The position numbers and the translations under genes were made by a program. DNA of 63,964 nt, filler included, from Reticulomyxa filosa (lineage: Eukaryota > Protista > Foraminifera), in the NCBI GenBank assembly GCA_000512085.1. It is 22 parts of 22 records of this genome, joined end to end, with 100 filler letters (N's around TTAATTAATTAA, not from the genome) between each part and the next. Parts side by side here need not be neighbours in the genome. Positions count along the whole stretch, not along the records: positions 20,667 to 26,744 come from ASPP01026463.1; positions 26,845 to 28,019 come from ASPP01019539.1; positions 28,120 to 29,372 come from ASPP01025439.1; positions 29,473 to 30,621 come from ASPP01012690.1; positions 30,722 to 32,456 come from ASPP01020256.1; positions 32,557 to 35,674 come from ASPP01029172.1; positions 35,775 to 37,996 come from ASPP01017281.1; 15 more parts are not named here. One strand, given 5' to 3'. This document shows, piece after piece, positions 24,706 to 36,799 of this stretch (position 1 is the stretch's first letter; each line of letters opens with the position of its first letter). A model generated the notes under the pieces. That model saw only the letters and a list, made by a program, of their open reading frames with translations, searched no databases and was not told where the DNA came from.

Positions 24706-26463
24706 ATGGATGAAATAGAATCTAATGAAGAAGCTGAACCTATTGAATGGGATAAAAATAAACAATGGAATAAGGCAAACAAGGAAGCTCTTTCAATGTA
24801 CGGTGGTCTGGTTCAGGATGGACTAGGAGGAGTTGTGATTATTTCAACTAATCTTAGTCAATTTGCAAAACCAAATGATCGATGGTTTTTTCAAGATATC
24901 CCTTTTACAAAGATGATTAATTCAAATAAATATTTAAAAGAAAAAAAGGAATGTCCACCATATACTATTTATTTATTTCGTTCAAATCGTTTCATATTTG
25001 ATAATATTACAATCGATGGATGTGTTTATGTTGCTAATTGTGTCATTGATGTAATTGGTCATTTTCATATTACTCAATACCTTATACGTAGCAAACAAAC
25101 TTGTATTCGTTATGCTTTTCAACAATATATTTCGACTATCCGGACACCCATTAATGCGGACAAGTTTGCGCAACGGATAAGAAATTCATATAAGAACTCA
25201 ACTTCTAACAGAATATTATCACTGATTCGTTTTTTAATTTGTTATGGATTGCAAATATATGGTAAATCTGATATTAAAGTCGCAGAATATTTTAATTGGT
25301 TAGGAGATGCATATGTTGCAAGAGGAGAATATAACAAAGCAATTGAATATTTTAAGAAATCATTGGCAATAAGATTAGCTAAATTGGGACCAAATCATAT
25401 TGATATTGGTACGTTATATTATGCATTGGGAATTTCTTATAACGAAAGAGGAAAATGTGGCAAAGCATATGAATATCTCAAAGAGGCGTGGAAAATTAGA
25501 TTAAAACACTTAGGTAGTAGACATTCTGATGTTATTACTTCTTACGATTGTTTGGGAAGAATTTATTATAGAGAAGCAAAATATAATAAAGCATATAAAT
25601 ATCATATAAAAGCATTACAGAATTTTTCTGAAAAAACCCACAAAAATCCAAGAAAAGTTGCCCTTTGTTATAATCACTTAGGAAACGTTTATTATGGAAA
25701 AGGAAGCTATGGTGAAGCAATTAAATCTTATAAAAATTACTTGAAAATTGTATTAGAAAAATTCGGTACAAATCATGCAGAGCTAGCAATGCCGTTCAAT
25801 AATTTGGGAGTAGTATATTTTGAAAGAGGACAATATGCAATATCAATAAGCTATCATCAAATGGCATTGGATATTCGATTAAAAAAATTTGGTAGAAAAC
25901 ATCCAGCTACTGCAAAATCATTGAATGAATTAGGATTAGTGTGGATAAAAGGAAAAAAACAAATAAAGAAGGCCAAAGAATATATTGATGAAGCTTTGGA
26001 AATTTTGATAAATGATAAGAGTGGTAACTTTGATTTAGATCTTGCAAAATCTTATGATGTGTTGGGATTGATATTGGAAAAGAAAGGAACAAATGAAGAG
26101 GCAATTCAATATTTTGAAAAATCATTAAAAATTAAATTGAAAAAGTTGAATAATAACCATCCTTGTATTAGTTGGTCTTTTCATTATTTGGCAAGTGCAT
26201 TTAAAAATAAAAATGAATTGAGTCAATCAATTAAACATGGAGAAAAAGCATTGAAATTGAGATTGCGTAAATTAGATTGTAATCATCCAGACATTGGTGA
26301 ATCTTATGATCTTTTAGGGGATATTCATTTTGTAAAGAGAGATAAAACTAAAACAACAGAATATTATAAAAATGCAATCAAGATTTTTACGGAAATATTT
26401 GGTAAACAACATCCTAAAACACAAGATATGATGTTGAAATTGGAAAAGATCAATGGAGTTTAA
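24706..26463 (+). CDS. TPR-repeat protein (42-aa kinesin-light-chain/TPR_12 type) with lineage-specific N-terminal domain
   Basis: 585-aa intronless ORF with about 9 repeats of AxxxNxLGxxYxxxGxYxxAIxYxxKxLxIxxxxxGxxHP. Confidence 0.92.
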   Translation: MDEIESNEEAEPIEWDKNKQWNKANKEALSMYGGLVQDGLGGVVIISTNLSQFAKPNDRWFFQDIPFTKMINSNKYLKEKKECPPYTIYLFRSNRFIFDNITIDGCVYVANCVIDVIGHFHITQYLIRSKQTCIRYAFQQYISTIRTPINADKFAQRIRNSYKNSTSNRILSLIRFLICYGLQIYGKSDIKVAEYFNWLGDAYVARGEYNKAIEYFKKSLAIRLAKLGPNHIDIGTLYYALGISYNERGKCGKAYEYLKEAWKIRLKHLGSRHSDVITSYDCLGRIYYREAKYNKAYKYHIKALQNFSEKTHKNPRKVALCYNHLGNVYYGKGSYGEAIKSYKNYLKIVLEKFGTNHAELAMPFNNLGVVYFERGQYAISISYHQMALDIRLKKFGRKHPATAKSLNELGLVWIKGKKQIKKAKEYIDEALEILINDKSGNFDLDLAKSYDVLGLILEKKGTNEEAIQYFEKSLKIKLKKLNNNHPCISWSFHYLASAFKNKNELSQSIKHGEKALKLRLRKLDCNHPDIGESYDLLGDIHFVKRDKTKTTEYYKNAIKIFTEIFGKQHPKTQDMMLKLEKINGV

Positions 26464-26519
26464 TTATCTGTGTTTAATTGTTTTTAATCGTCGTAGATGA
26501 TAATAATAATAATGACAAT

Positions 26520-26744
26520 AAACAAAAAAAAAAAAAAAAGGAAAAAAATGTGAAATGGTGGGAAGAAAGAGCTGAAAATGATAAAATTGAAATTGTTCAA
26601 CAATTTGAAAGCTTGCCACGAAGTGTTTTTAGGACGTGGTTGTTGAATCAAAGAAAAGGTAATAATAATTTAAATCATGAAGATATTCCTGTAATTCGTG
26701 GTACTATTGAATCATATATTACCAACAATAATATCAATGATGTT
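26520..26744 (+). other. Fragment of a probable lineage-specific repetitive protein family (KWWEER...FESL...WLL)
   Basis: Open frame with coding-like composition, truncated by the linker. Confidence 0.35.
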
Positions 26745-26849
26745 NNNNNNNNNNNNNNNNNNNNNNNNNNNNNNNNNNNNNNNNNNNNTTAATTAATTAA
26801 NNNNNNNNNNNNNNNNNNNNNNNNNNNNNNNNNNNNNNNNNNNNCGGCC

Positions 26850-27560
26850 ATATTCCACCCTGAGTTTTTAGTCAATGGGAAAGAGGACACAGCAAACAAT
26901 TTTGCCCAGAACCTTACAATGAGTTGTTTGGTGACTCATTGGTTATTAGACCACACAAAAGGTTCTTTATTGTTGGACAACGAAGCTATTTATGGAATTT
27001 GCCAAAAGCAATTGAAAATTGCCAAACCAGATGTAGATAACTTAAATAAATTAATTTCGAAAGTTATCCCCGCCATGACTGTGTCTTTGCGATTTAGCGG
27101 TGAATTAAAGTAGATTTGAACGAGTTTCAAACAAACTTGGTCCCTTTCAATCGCTCACATTTTATGACTACCGGAAGAGCCCAATTATTCCGGTATCAAC
27201 AGCGCCAAACGATATCCAAAAAAACAGATGACTGTTTTAAGCCAGCGAACTGGTTTGTGAAATACACTGAATTTAACCCCTCGGAAGACAAATAGGATTA
27301 AACGAAGTACAAGCAGTAACATTAGAATCAGATGATATTGGAGCATTTAGTAAAAATTTTGTGATGATAGCCAACAACACGGGCATTTCGCGTGTATTCA
27401 GTAAACAATTGCCCAAAAGTATGATATTGTGTACTCCCAACGAGCATTGGTACGTAGGAGAAGGAATGGAAGGAGAATTTGCTGAAGCTCGTGAAGACTA
27501 GCTTCTTAGAAAAAGATTATTTGGATGTGTTGAGTGAACAACCAACTGACGATGTGGGGG
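26850..27560 (+). pseudogene. TUBA: Alpha-tubulin pseudogene (divergent foraminiferan type) with internal deletions, frameshifts and stops
   Basis: Motifs FHPEFLVNGKEDTANNFA / EPYN / LDNEAIYGIC / NLNKLISKV..MTVSLRFSGEL / DLNEFQTNLVP / YVGEGME / GEFAEARED / LEKDYLDVLSEQ occur in shifting frames. Confidence 0.93.
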
Positions 27561-27769
27561 TACAACGCTGGCGACGACGCAAGTGATAATGACAACTACT
27601 AAAACTTTTTTTGCGTGAAAGTGAAGTGTATAAATGAATTTGTACTGAATATTTCTTGGAAGTAGATCTCCTCTGTACTTCTGATGTCTTGGATAACTGT
27701 TGATTTTTTTTGGTTTTTGTGTCGTTTTCTTGGCTTTTATCACTTTTTTTTTCAGGTTTAAACTTGAGA

Positions 27770-28019
27770 AAATAAGGGTTTTAAGCCAGGGACCTCAGTG
27801 AACAACAATTTTGGTCAAATCCATCTATCTTGTTTGATCTCCAAAGATTATTTATAAGCTTTATATTTTTATGACAATATAGCTAGAAAAACATCTTATA
27901 GTTGTCCAGGCTGTGGACAATCCACTGTCACACCAATTGCAAAGGCAATGATTTTTAATTTAGAACATTGTATCAGTTCAAATGATAGTTCAATTCCTGT
28001 AAAAGATAATCATTATAAA
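27770..28019 (+). pseudogene. Degenerate CxxC-containing protein fragment
   Basis: TSYSCPGCGQSTVTPIAKAMIFNLEHCISSND; upstream frame interrupted. Confidence 0.35.
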
Positions 28020-28964
28020 NNNNNNNNNNNNNNNNNNNNNNNNNNNNNNNNNNNNNNNNNNNNTTAATTAATTAANNNNNNNNNNNNNNNNNNNNNNNNN
28101 NNNNNNNNNNNNNNNNNNNCAAATTGGATTGCAATATTCTGATAGGGACATTGCTTATTCAATATTGTGGAGTGGAATATTTCTTACCAGAATTTGAGGA
28201 GATACTAATGAATACACATTGCGCAATCATTATGCCTTTGAGTTATTTGTAGATGATTCTGCTATTATTGATCACTTGCAAAAAGAATCTGATATGGATT
28301 TGTTTAAAACTGATCTCCAATTGTCCACGCAATTCCATTTTGTATGATCGTATTCGATATTATTCTGGTCATATTCATTTAATTGTGGATGGCATTGATC
28401 ATAATTCATGTCGTAATATTACTAATTTCATGATTGTAGGAATAATATTCATCTTCACCCTTCTTTCTAAATCACAATCCGAATTGGAATCCAGCTCTTT
28501 GTACCCCAATTCCCTTTTCAACAATTACCAATTGATTCATGCTACTGTCAATGGTATAACTAAAGCATTATATTTTTTTTTTTATTAAAGTTAATCCAGT
28601 TTTGCATAGTGAGAAAAAGAAACTGATTTCAATTAAGTTGTTATATCTTTGTGTGTGGTAATATTGTTTCGTTTCACTGTTAAAAAATTATTGCAAAACC
28701 AGATATCTAAAATTAGAGAAAAAAAGTATGATATTATTATCTTCACTATGATTTTTTTTTTTTTTTAGAGTTCATAAAAGATCTTTCACAACCCGATCAG
28801 TGAAAAGACGACAAAATTTTCTCACTGTCTACCTCTTTTGGATCATAAATAACAATTTAGGCTTCTATATCTGCATTAAGCATAAGGAAAAATGATTCGT
28901 TATGACCTACCCCCCTTTAAGTTCGCAAAAAAAATAAACTTTTATTTATGAACATGTATTTTTA

Positions 28965-29372
28965 ATGCAGCTTAATGAGATTGAATTAGAAAAGGACACT
29001 TTGTTTGAATCTTTGCCCCTCTTGTCTTTAGTCACTTCTGCTTGTCAATGTGTGGCATACAAACACGAGATTCTGGTTTGTGGAGATTATAAAGAGGGAA
29101 TCTGTCGCTCGTATCATATACTTAAGAAGCAGTACAAACGGATATGTTCATACCCAAAAGATCTTAATGTAGAAGGACACAATGTGGTGAAGCGTGTGGA
29201 TATCAACAATCCGAATGGCATTACTTTGCTGGCATTTAATGGACTTCCCGGTTTAAAAAAGAAAGTATGGATGATGAAATATGTAAGTGTTTGGGACAAA
29301 ACAAAAGAAATAGGGATTGGAAAAGAAGAAAAAACATTAAATAAATGGCTCCCATTGTATGATAATCAAGGT
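28965..29372 (+). CDS. Kelch-like beta-propeller protein of an expanded lineage-specific family, 3' truncated
   Basis: FESLPLLSLVTSACQCVAYKHEILVCGD...CRSYHILKKQYKRICSYP...GHNVVK...ITLLAF shows Kelch-type blades; the GG motifs are degenerate. Confidence 0.7.
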
Positions 29373-29621
29373 NNNNNNNNNNNNNNNNNNNNNNNNNNNN
29401 NNNNNNNNNNNNNNNNTTAATTAATTAANNNNNNNNNNNNNNNNNNNNNNNNNNNNNNNNNNNNNNNNNNNNAAAACAACATTTCATGTTTTTATTATTC
29501 ACACCACACACACACACACACATCTCTTTTGTCTTTTCTCCTTTTGTGTCTTTCATCAATGTAGCTTATGTTTGCGAAAATATATATATATATATGTGTT
29601 GTGTGTATCTGCGCTGTTTAA

Positions 29622-30044
29622 AGCCACACTGGTGGATGGAGTGACCACATTTGTGCCTGTAAATTATAATAGTATCAGTACTGAAATTGACAAACAAACC
29701 AAGTTTACTTATTGCTTTGCAAGTTCAAACTTAACTTATTGGTCTAACACTTTGTCATCTAGACCAAGTAGCATATATATATATATATACATGTACATAT
29801 GTGTATGTAAATATTTATTTATTTATGTGTATTGTTTGTCTTATGCTAAAGAAAAGCGCAAAAATACAAATCGCAAGTAAAAGAAATGGAACAAAAAATT
29901 GCACAATTGGAAGAAACTGTACAAGAACAAAAAAAGAACTTTCGCAAACAAGTTCGTCAGATGAAAGATGAATTGCAACACCAAAACGATCAAGTGTGCC
30001 TGTTGTGTGCTTGTATTCAAAAAAACATATTTAAAAAAAACAAA

Positions 30045-30075
<31 letters not shown>

Positions 30076-30592
30076 CACACGTATTCATAACGTAAATACA
30101 AATAAACACTAATATATACATATATATGTATACATATATATACACATGTATATATATGTATATGGTATTAATTTATGTCGGAGTTGGTTAGAAGAATACA
30201 GTGTATGCAAACCGCTTGGAAATGGAACAAAAACGATGCAAACGATTAGAAGAGCAAATTGAACTGATGATTTCCAATCAAGTGGAATCTTCTGAAAAGA
30301 AACTGCCAACTGTTTAGTTATTTATTTGTTTATTTTTTCTTTTATTTTGTCAATATTCAATATCAACACACACGCGCGCGCGCGCGCGCACGCAATGCCA
30401 ACTCCATCAGTGCATGAATATCCCATATAATGTATCCCAACACACTCTGTCAATAGCTTCGAACCCAATTGGATGATGCTGTAGTGAAATTAAGTGCACT
30501 CCGAACCAACGTGCAAGGAATAGAAATGTATGACTTGGTCATTCAGAAACTAATCGAGTCGTTCTTGCACGCGCAAAACCTTGTCTTCAAAG
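29622..30592 (+). CDS. Internal exons of a coiled-coil hypothetical protein
   Basis: Exon blocks separated by microsatellite-rich introns: MEQKIAQLEETVQEQKKNFRKQVRQMKDEL / RLEMEQKRCKRLEEQIEL / LDDAVVKLSALRTNVQG. Confidence 0.55.
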
Positions 30593-30762
30593 TTCACTCT
30601 CTTTTTTTTTTTTTTTTTTTTNNNNNNNNNNNNNNNNNNNNNNNNNNNNNNNNNNNNNNNNNNNNTTAATTAATTAANNNNNNNNNNNNNNNNNNNNNNN
30701 NNNNNNNNNNNNNNNNNNNNNAAAAAAAAAAATTATGTCCAAACAAATAAGTGTGTGTGCAC

Positions 30763-31062
30763 TTGAATAGTTTCCACGGTGAATCGCCTTGTATGCGTCT
30801 TTAGTTCATGCGGAGTGATATGAGTGTCCAACGGAATTCGGTATTCCTTCAACAGAGTTTCGATATCTCGGACTTTTCTTTCGACTTCTTGGATGCGGAC
30901 AATGTCTTTGGTATGTGGCCTTTGAAAAGGCTGCAAGTGGTGATTTAGGTCTATGAACTCGATACAGCCCTCACGGCCCATGCAATCCGCAAACTCTTCC
31001 ACCACTGCTGTTGGCAACAGTATCTGGATATATGACATGTCTACAGAACGAAAGCCTGACAT
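30763..31062 (-). CDS. ATP6V0A: V-type H+-ATPase V0 subunit a, first exon (3' truncated)
   Basis: MSGFRSVDMSYIQILLP...MGREGCIEFIDLNHHLQPFQRPHTKDIVRIQEVERKVR matches FRSExMxxxQL...LGxxGxVxFxDLN...FQRxFxxxxxRxxEMERKLR. Confidence 0.9.
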
Positions 31063-31359
31063 TTTTGTTTCGTCCAAGGTATTATACGTTATATCAGTCG
31101 TTTCCTTGTTTTTTTTTTTTTTTTGCAAGCTTTTTCAAAACGCAACGCTTTGTTATATTGCATTTGGGACATAACCTTTTAAGTTTAGTTTTCTTTAGCT
31201 TAACTAAGATTTATTTTTTTTTTAGAAATTAAATACTATGAATACCAGTTGACAAAGAAAATAAAAATGAATGTGAACCTTTGAAATATTGAGTTTTAAA
31301 TAAAAAAAGCCCCCTCCCCCTTTTTTTTTTTTTAAAAAAAAAAAAAAGTACTTTAGTAC

Positions 31360-32088
31360 TCATTTATCATTGAGCGTATTTTTTTTGGAAGATGCAAGAG
31401 TAGGGAAAAAAGCATTGGTTGGCCGAGCAAAGGCATGTTTCAAAAAGGAGTACTTTCGAATGGAGTGAATAGCATACAAAACATCCTTTTCCTGCAGTGT
31501 TTTCTTATGATTCGCAGAGGCGTTTTCGACGGCATGCAAAGTCAAGCACTTAACAAACTCCTCGGTTGCCTTTGTAATTGCAGTTGTGCACTCTTTGCTG
31601 GTGCGTTTGTTGTCTTTATCTAAATGGATCAATTTCTTGATCCTGCCGACAGGGAGTTGCAATGCACGTCCGTCCGTTTTCATCTTTGTCACTTCCTTTT
31701 CATCTCCATGTGCTTCATTATATGCCTCTTTCAACTTCTGACATCGACTATTATAAACCTCCATTTCCTCCGGTGCCAATCCTTTCCATGCTGCCGCTAT
31801 TTGTTTCATTTGCTCGCTCACTTTCATCCCTTTCAAGTTTTGCGCCTCTTTTGCTCGGTACTCTGATGCAAACAACATGTAGCCGCAGCTTGGAGGTTTG
31901 CTCACTTTTTCTGGTGCTGTCGTTGCAGCTTCTTCTTCGGCCTCCTCGTCGCTGTCTTCTTTCAGGTCGAATTCTAATGTATCCATTTCATTTTGAGAAT
32001 CATTATTGTCCATTTCGGATCCGAAGCCCACCGGATCTGGATTAGCTTGAGCTTCAATCTCTGGTTGACTTAGGTTTGTTGATTCCAT
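31360..32088 (-). CDS. HMG-box plus histone-fold (DPB3/POLE4/CHRAC15-like) fusion protein
   Basis: HMG box KPPSCGYMLFASEYR...IAAAWKGLAPEEMEVY followed by histone fold LPVGRIKKLIHLD...AITKATEEFV...KKTLQEKDV...YSFL, in one intronless ORF. Confidence 0.88.
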   Translation of the reverse strand: MESTNLSQPEIEAQANPDPVGFGSEMDNNDSQNEMDTLEFDLKEDSDEEAEEEAATTAPEKVSKPPSCGYMLFASEYRAKEAQNLKGMKVSEQMKQIAAAWKGLAPEEMEVYNSRCQKLKEAYNEAHGDEKEVTKMKTDGRALQLPVGRIKKLIHLDKDNKRTSKECTTAITKATEEFVKCLTLHAVENASANHKKTLQEKDVLYAIHSIRKYSFLKHAFARPTNAFFPTLASSKKNTLNDK

Positions 32089-35000
32089 TTTCGATTATTA
32101 TTATTATTATTATCCTTACTGTCTCTCCCCCCTCCTTCCTCCAAAGCTTTACACTAGAGATTCAACTTTCTACCTTTGCTTTTGAGGTTTTTAAAATTAA
32201 TTTTATGCTTGCTCTCTTACAAATGTAAGTAAACCATAATTGATGATGGACTGTTTTCTCAACTTTCGTTTCATTAACTTTACAATTGTATATACAACCA
32301 ATTTCTTGTGGCTTTGGATATAATCTAACTTGTGAAACCCTTATTTCTGAATGAAAGAAACTGCGCACGCTACGACCACAAACTGACAGTGGCTTTAATT
32401 TTTTTTTCTTCCTGAGCCGTTTATTATTCGATTCACTTTTCCATGGCGTGCCCGTTNNNNNNNNNNNNNNNNNNNNNNNNNNNNNNNNNNNNNNNNNNNN
32501 TTAATTAATTAANNNNNNNNNNNNNNNNNNNNNNNNNNNNNNNNNNNNNNNNNNNNTATTTAGACTAATTTCTAATTTTATTGTAATTGACTCGTATACA
32601 ATAAAAATCAAGTATAACGCCTCATTTTTTGAGTGAATGTGAGGCAAAGTATTTTGCAAAAAGGTTTGACTTAGATTAAGCTTTCAAAGCCAGAGTGTGA
32701 ATATATATATTTTTTGGACAGTGGTTTCTTTATTTCAATAAGGCAAGTCCATTTTAAAAACGTTGCCACATTCTTGGTTGAGATTGTAAATCATAAAGAG
32801 GAAAATCTAGTGATAACAACCTTGCGCACCTCATTCATCCACCTTTCGTTGAGTTTTTAGTGAAAGTTTAAAAAGACGTCTAACGAGAAGTAAGCATATG
32901 TTTGGCTATTGCAAGTCTCTTGATAGACAAAGTTTTCAGATTGCCAGGAACGATCCAATTTCAAAGAGTTTTTGATTATATTTGGATTTATTATTCTTCA
33001 ACAATGTAACAAATATAAAAAAAACATTTTTTAATTAAAAAGTGTGATGAATATGTTTTTGTTTTTTTTGCATTGGCCATTTATTTATAATCATTATTTT
33101 CTCAACTTTATCAGAAGATGGTATATTGCTTTATCGATGGATGAGATAGTTTAAATCCGAAATTTAAAAATGGAATAAATGTAATTTTGATAATATTTAT
33201 TGTTGTTTATCGATAACACTTTTTTTAAATAACGATATTTATAATTTTATAAATTTTTTAATTTTTTAAAAGTGTAAATATTTCATAATCAAAATTTGCA
33301 TTAACGAAAATATCAATCAAAATGTTCATATTGCGTGAAATATTTATTAAAATAACATAATTATAGAAGGGGTCATTTCCAGATTTTTTATTCTTCATAT
33401 GAGTACTTTTGTACAAGTAGACGTGGTGATTATACGTTTGTAAAAGGAAAAATAATATATTACAAGCCAAGTAAAGTTACACACAGTTTTTATCCTTCTG
33501 TGCAAAAACGAAGTTTTTATCCACCAACCAAAAATCCTTTGAAAAACGTTTCCAGAGTTACTCCAATTAATAATAACAATTTGTTTAATTTCACACTGTA
33601 CTATATATGTATATACTGGAAATTAAACAAAGAAAAGAGATACATAAACAAACACTCAAATGAAAACAAACCAAGTTAATGTTCAGTAAAAGTTGTACAA
33701 TTTAGCATACAACATTTTTGAAATTCTTGTTTTTGTTTTTGAAGGTACTAAGTTCAACGCCTTTCTAGTCGTTTACATGAAATCTTAAATCTTAATTTGC
33801 CTCGTAAAAAACTTAAATGATGAATTTTTGCTCAAAGAGATTTCTGTTTTTTAGCAGGCGTCATAATGCTTATGCAAGGATTTTATTTTTAGAAATATCC
33901 ACAAATATTGCATGTCAGACAACTCTTTTTTTCATTGTTTCAATTAATTTAAAACACGTGATAATAAGGACCATTCTTTATACGCTTTTTTATTCAATCT
34001 AAATCAAATATACTGTTTTTTTATATTTTCCTGAATAAAGAAGCATAGAAAGCATTTTGAGATGAAGTATATCAATGTTCGTACATCTCTTGATGTACTG
34101 TAAAAAGCTATTTTCTGTTTATTACAAAATTTGAAAAACTTGCTTTGTCTTATCCCAGTTTTTTTTACTACCCCTTTTCGATTGTAGTTCACTTTTTTAT
34201 GTTATGATATTTCGCACAATTCAAAAAATTTTTTTGTATGAGAAATATGTTTTCAAGACATAGTAATAACACAAAACAAAATAATCTTTGTATTCATGAC
34301 AACGAATGTTTGAGATATTTTGTTATATTTTTAAAAAATGAAAACATTCTATTCGCATCAAGTTTTTTTTTGGAGTAGGTTTGGGATGATATTTTTTTGT
34401 TTTGGGAATAGTAGGTTTGTTTTCACTTTTCTCTAAGCCAATTTTGGCTGCTTTGTTCAAAAAAGCGAAAGAGTTTCGTTGTAACACTAGTTTTTTATAT
34501 TATTTGAATACATTCAAAAGATAAAAATTTTGTTGACAAGTTTTTGACCTAAAAATCCATCAACCCAAGTAACTTTGTTGCCATTTTCCGGATGCGCCTT
34601 TTATTGACAGACTCCAAAAAAATTGGAGTATTTTTTTTACACTCCAACCAAAAGCAGATTGAAAAAAACTACCTTGACTCCTAGATCACTTTTGAACATT
34701 TAATTGGAAAGTTATATATAATTGAGAACAAATTTATTAATTAATTATTTTATAACTATCATTGAAATATGCAATACTTTTGGAATGTGTTGGGATGCAG
34801 AAGTAAAACGATCCAACATGAAAGGATGATTTCACAAAAACTATATTTTATCATGTTCCTTCTAAACTTGTTTGGGATAAAATTAATGTCTAGTATTGTC
34901 ACTTTTTATAAAACATTTGGATAATGCGATTTTGTTCTTTTTTTGAGTCACTCCAATTAATGTAGAGTTTTTTGGTGAAGAAACAAGTCGCATACGTGAT

Positions 35001-36429
35001 CCAAATTTTTTTGGTTGTAAAATTGTTTTTTTTGCAATGGAATTCATTTTAAACCTGGATTGATGTTGTTTCATTTTGAAAATCAATGAAAAGTGCATGG
35101 ACTCAAACAAAATAAAAAAGAAATTTAGCAGAGATTCATAATTGACAGTTTATTTTTGTTTCACAGTCGAGACACTTTGCATAAGAATGACAGAATATTT
35201 ATCTCTATCTTTTGTTTTTTTGAAAATGTGATTGGGTCTATACTGTTCCAACCATGATATTATCTCTTTTTTTATTAAATCTTTTTCAAAATAAAAACTA
35301 CTTTGTTGAAACATTTTTTTTGTTTTTAGTTGCTTGACTATCTTGAGGAGTCTTTAAAGTGTATAAAAAAACAAAAATTCATTTGAATTTACTATACTGT
35401 AATGAAAACAATCCACACAAAACAAAAAGAAATCTAACCATATATGCACAGACTCACGCAATATTTTTCCTTTGTTAACTCAAGCAAAATCTCAAAAATA
35501 ACAAATAAACTCATTATACTATTCACTTTTCAAAATAATCTTCTCAATGTGTGCTACACAAACACGAACTCTCCATTTGTAGAGATAATTATACAAAGAC
35601 ATACATTGGTGATGAAATATTTAAGCGTGGTGTAATGACAATCATCACTGATATTCACCTTAACTCCTCTACCCNNNNNNNNNNNNNNNNNNNNNNNNNN
35701 NNNNNNNNNNNNNNNNNNTTAATTAATTAANNNNNNNNNNNNNNNNNNNNNNNNNNNNNNNNNNNNNNNNNNNNTTTTTCAGCTTTTTTCGCTTGTTCAA
35801 AAGCAGCACCCATTCTTCGTTATAACATTCGTCAAGTGACACTTTTTTTGTCTTCTTTCTTTTCTCTTTTTTATCTTCTTCTTTTTCCAAGCGTAATAGT
35901 AACATTAGCTTATTCTTTTTTTTATTGTCTTCCCTTTTTTTTTTGGTCACAAACAGTAGACAATCAAATGAACGTAATATCCAAATAATCTTACAAAAAA
36001 CACAAATATGGATCCACTCCAATTTTATTAGTTTTTTGGAATTATTTCACGTCGTGAATAAAATTTCTAAAGAATTTGGAGTCACAGCAATATTTACAAT
36101 GGCATACAAATCCTTACTTTTTTTTACAACACTCATAACAAAAGTTACCACAAATGTCATTTTATCATCGCTTTCATCAACTCAATAGATATAAATTTTA
36201 TCACGATATTCCAGTACAACTTCAAAAATATTTTGATAAAACACGTGGATTTAGTATAAAAAGCAAATGAAATTATAAACTCTTTCTTTTTAACGAATTA
36301 CTGTAATGACATCAAAATTAATTTCTGAAAGCTTGAAATTTAAAATAAACAACCAAAACAAACTTTACAACACATTTCAAAAATAAAATTTATACCCAAA
36401 ATACATTTTACAAATCAAACACTTACAAA

Positions 36430-36625
36430 TCTTCCAATTTTTAATTTGGCTTTTTTTTGTATCTTGATGATTTGTACCCAATTTTTGAGTATAAATCGAT
36501 AATGTATTTTCATAACACTTCCTTCTCTCCTTTTTGTCTCCTGTTTTACAATTGACATCCCTAAAATAACATATCAATCGCCAGCATGGTTAGAATCCAA
36601 TTTATTCAATCTCAATTTCAATGCA
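36430..36625 (-). pseudogene. TPR protein C-terminal pseudogene fragment (duplicate of 37763-37996)
   Basis: LKLRLNKLDSNH...KCYENTLSIYTQKLGTNHQDTK with frameshifts; high nucleotide similarity to 37763-37990. Confidence 0.8.
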
Positions 36626-36799
36626 AATGCATTAAAAAAAAAGAAAATGTTTCAGAAACTTTGCGTTTTAAAAAACATTGGAACGTACATAATTGATTTG
36701 GTGAATTTTATGGAGAAGCATCATTAAGTGAAATATGTAATATGTTACAATTGAATTTATTTTCTTTTACCTCGATGTCAGTATAAAATCACATAATCA

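Noticed and set aside
34611-34629. ACTCCAA/TTGGAGT hairpin as a terminator or element end
   Set aside because: A 7-bp stem is expected by chance, and the context is eukaryotic with no associated gene.
32557-35674. Short ORFs in an AT-rich contig
   Set aside because: No recognisable motifs or exon structure; probably intergenic or fully decayed sequence.
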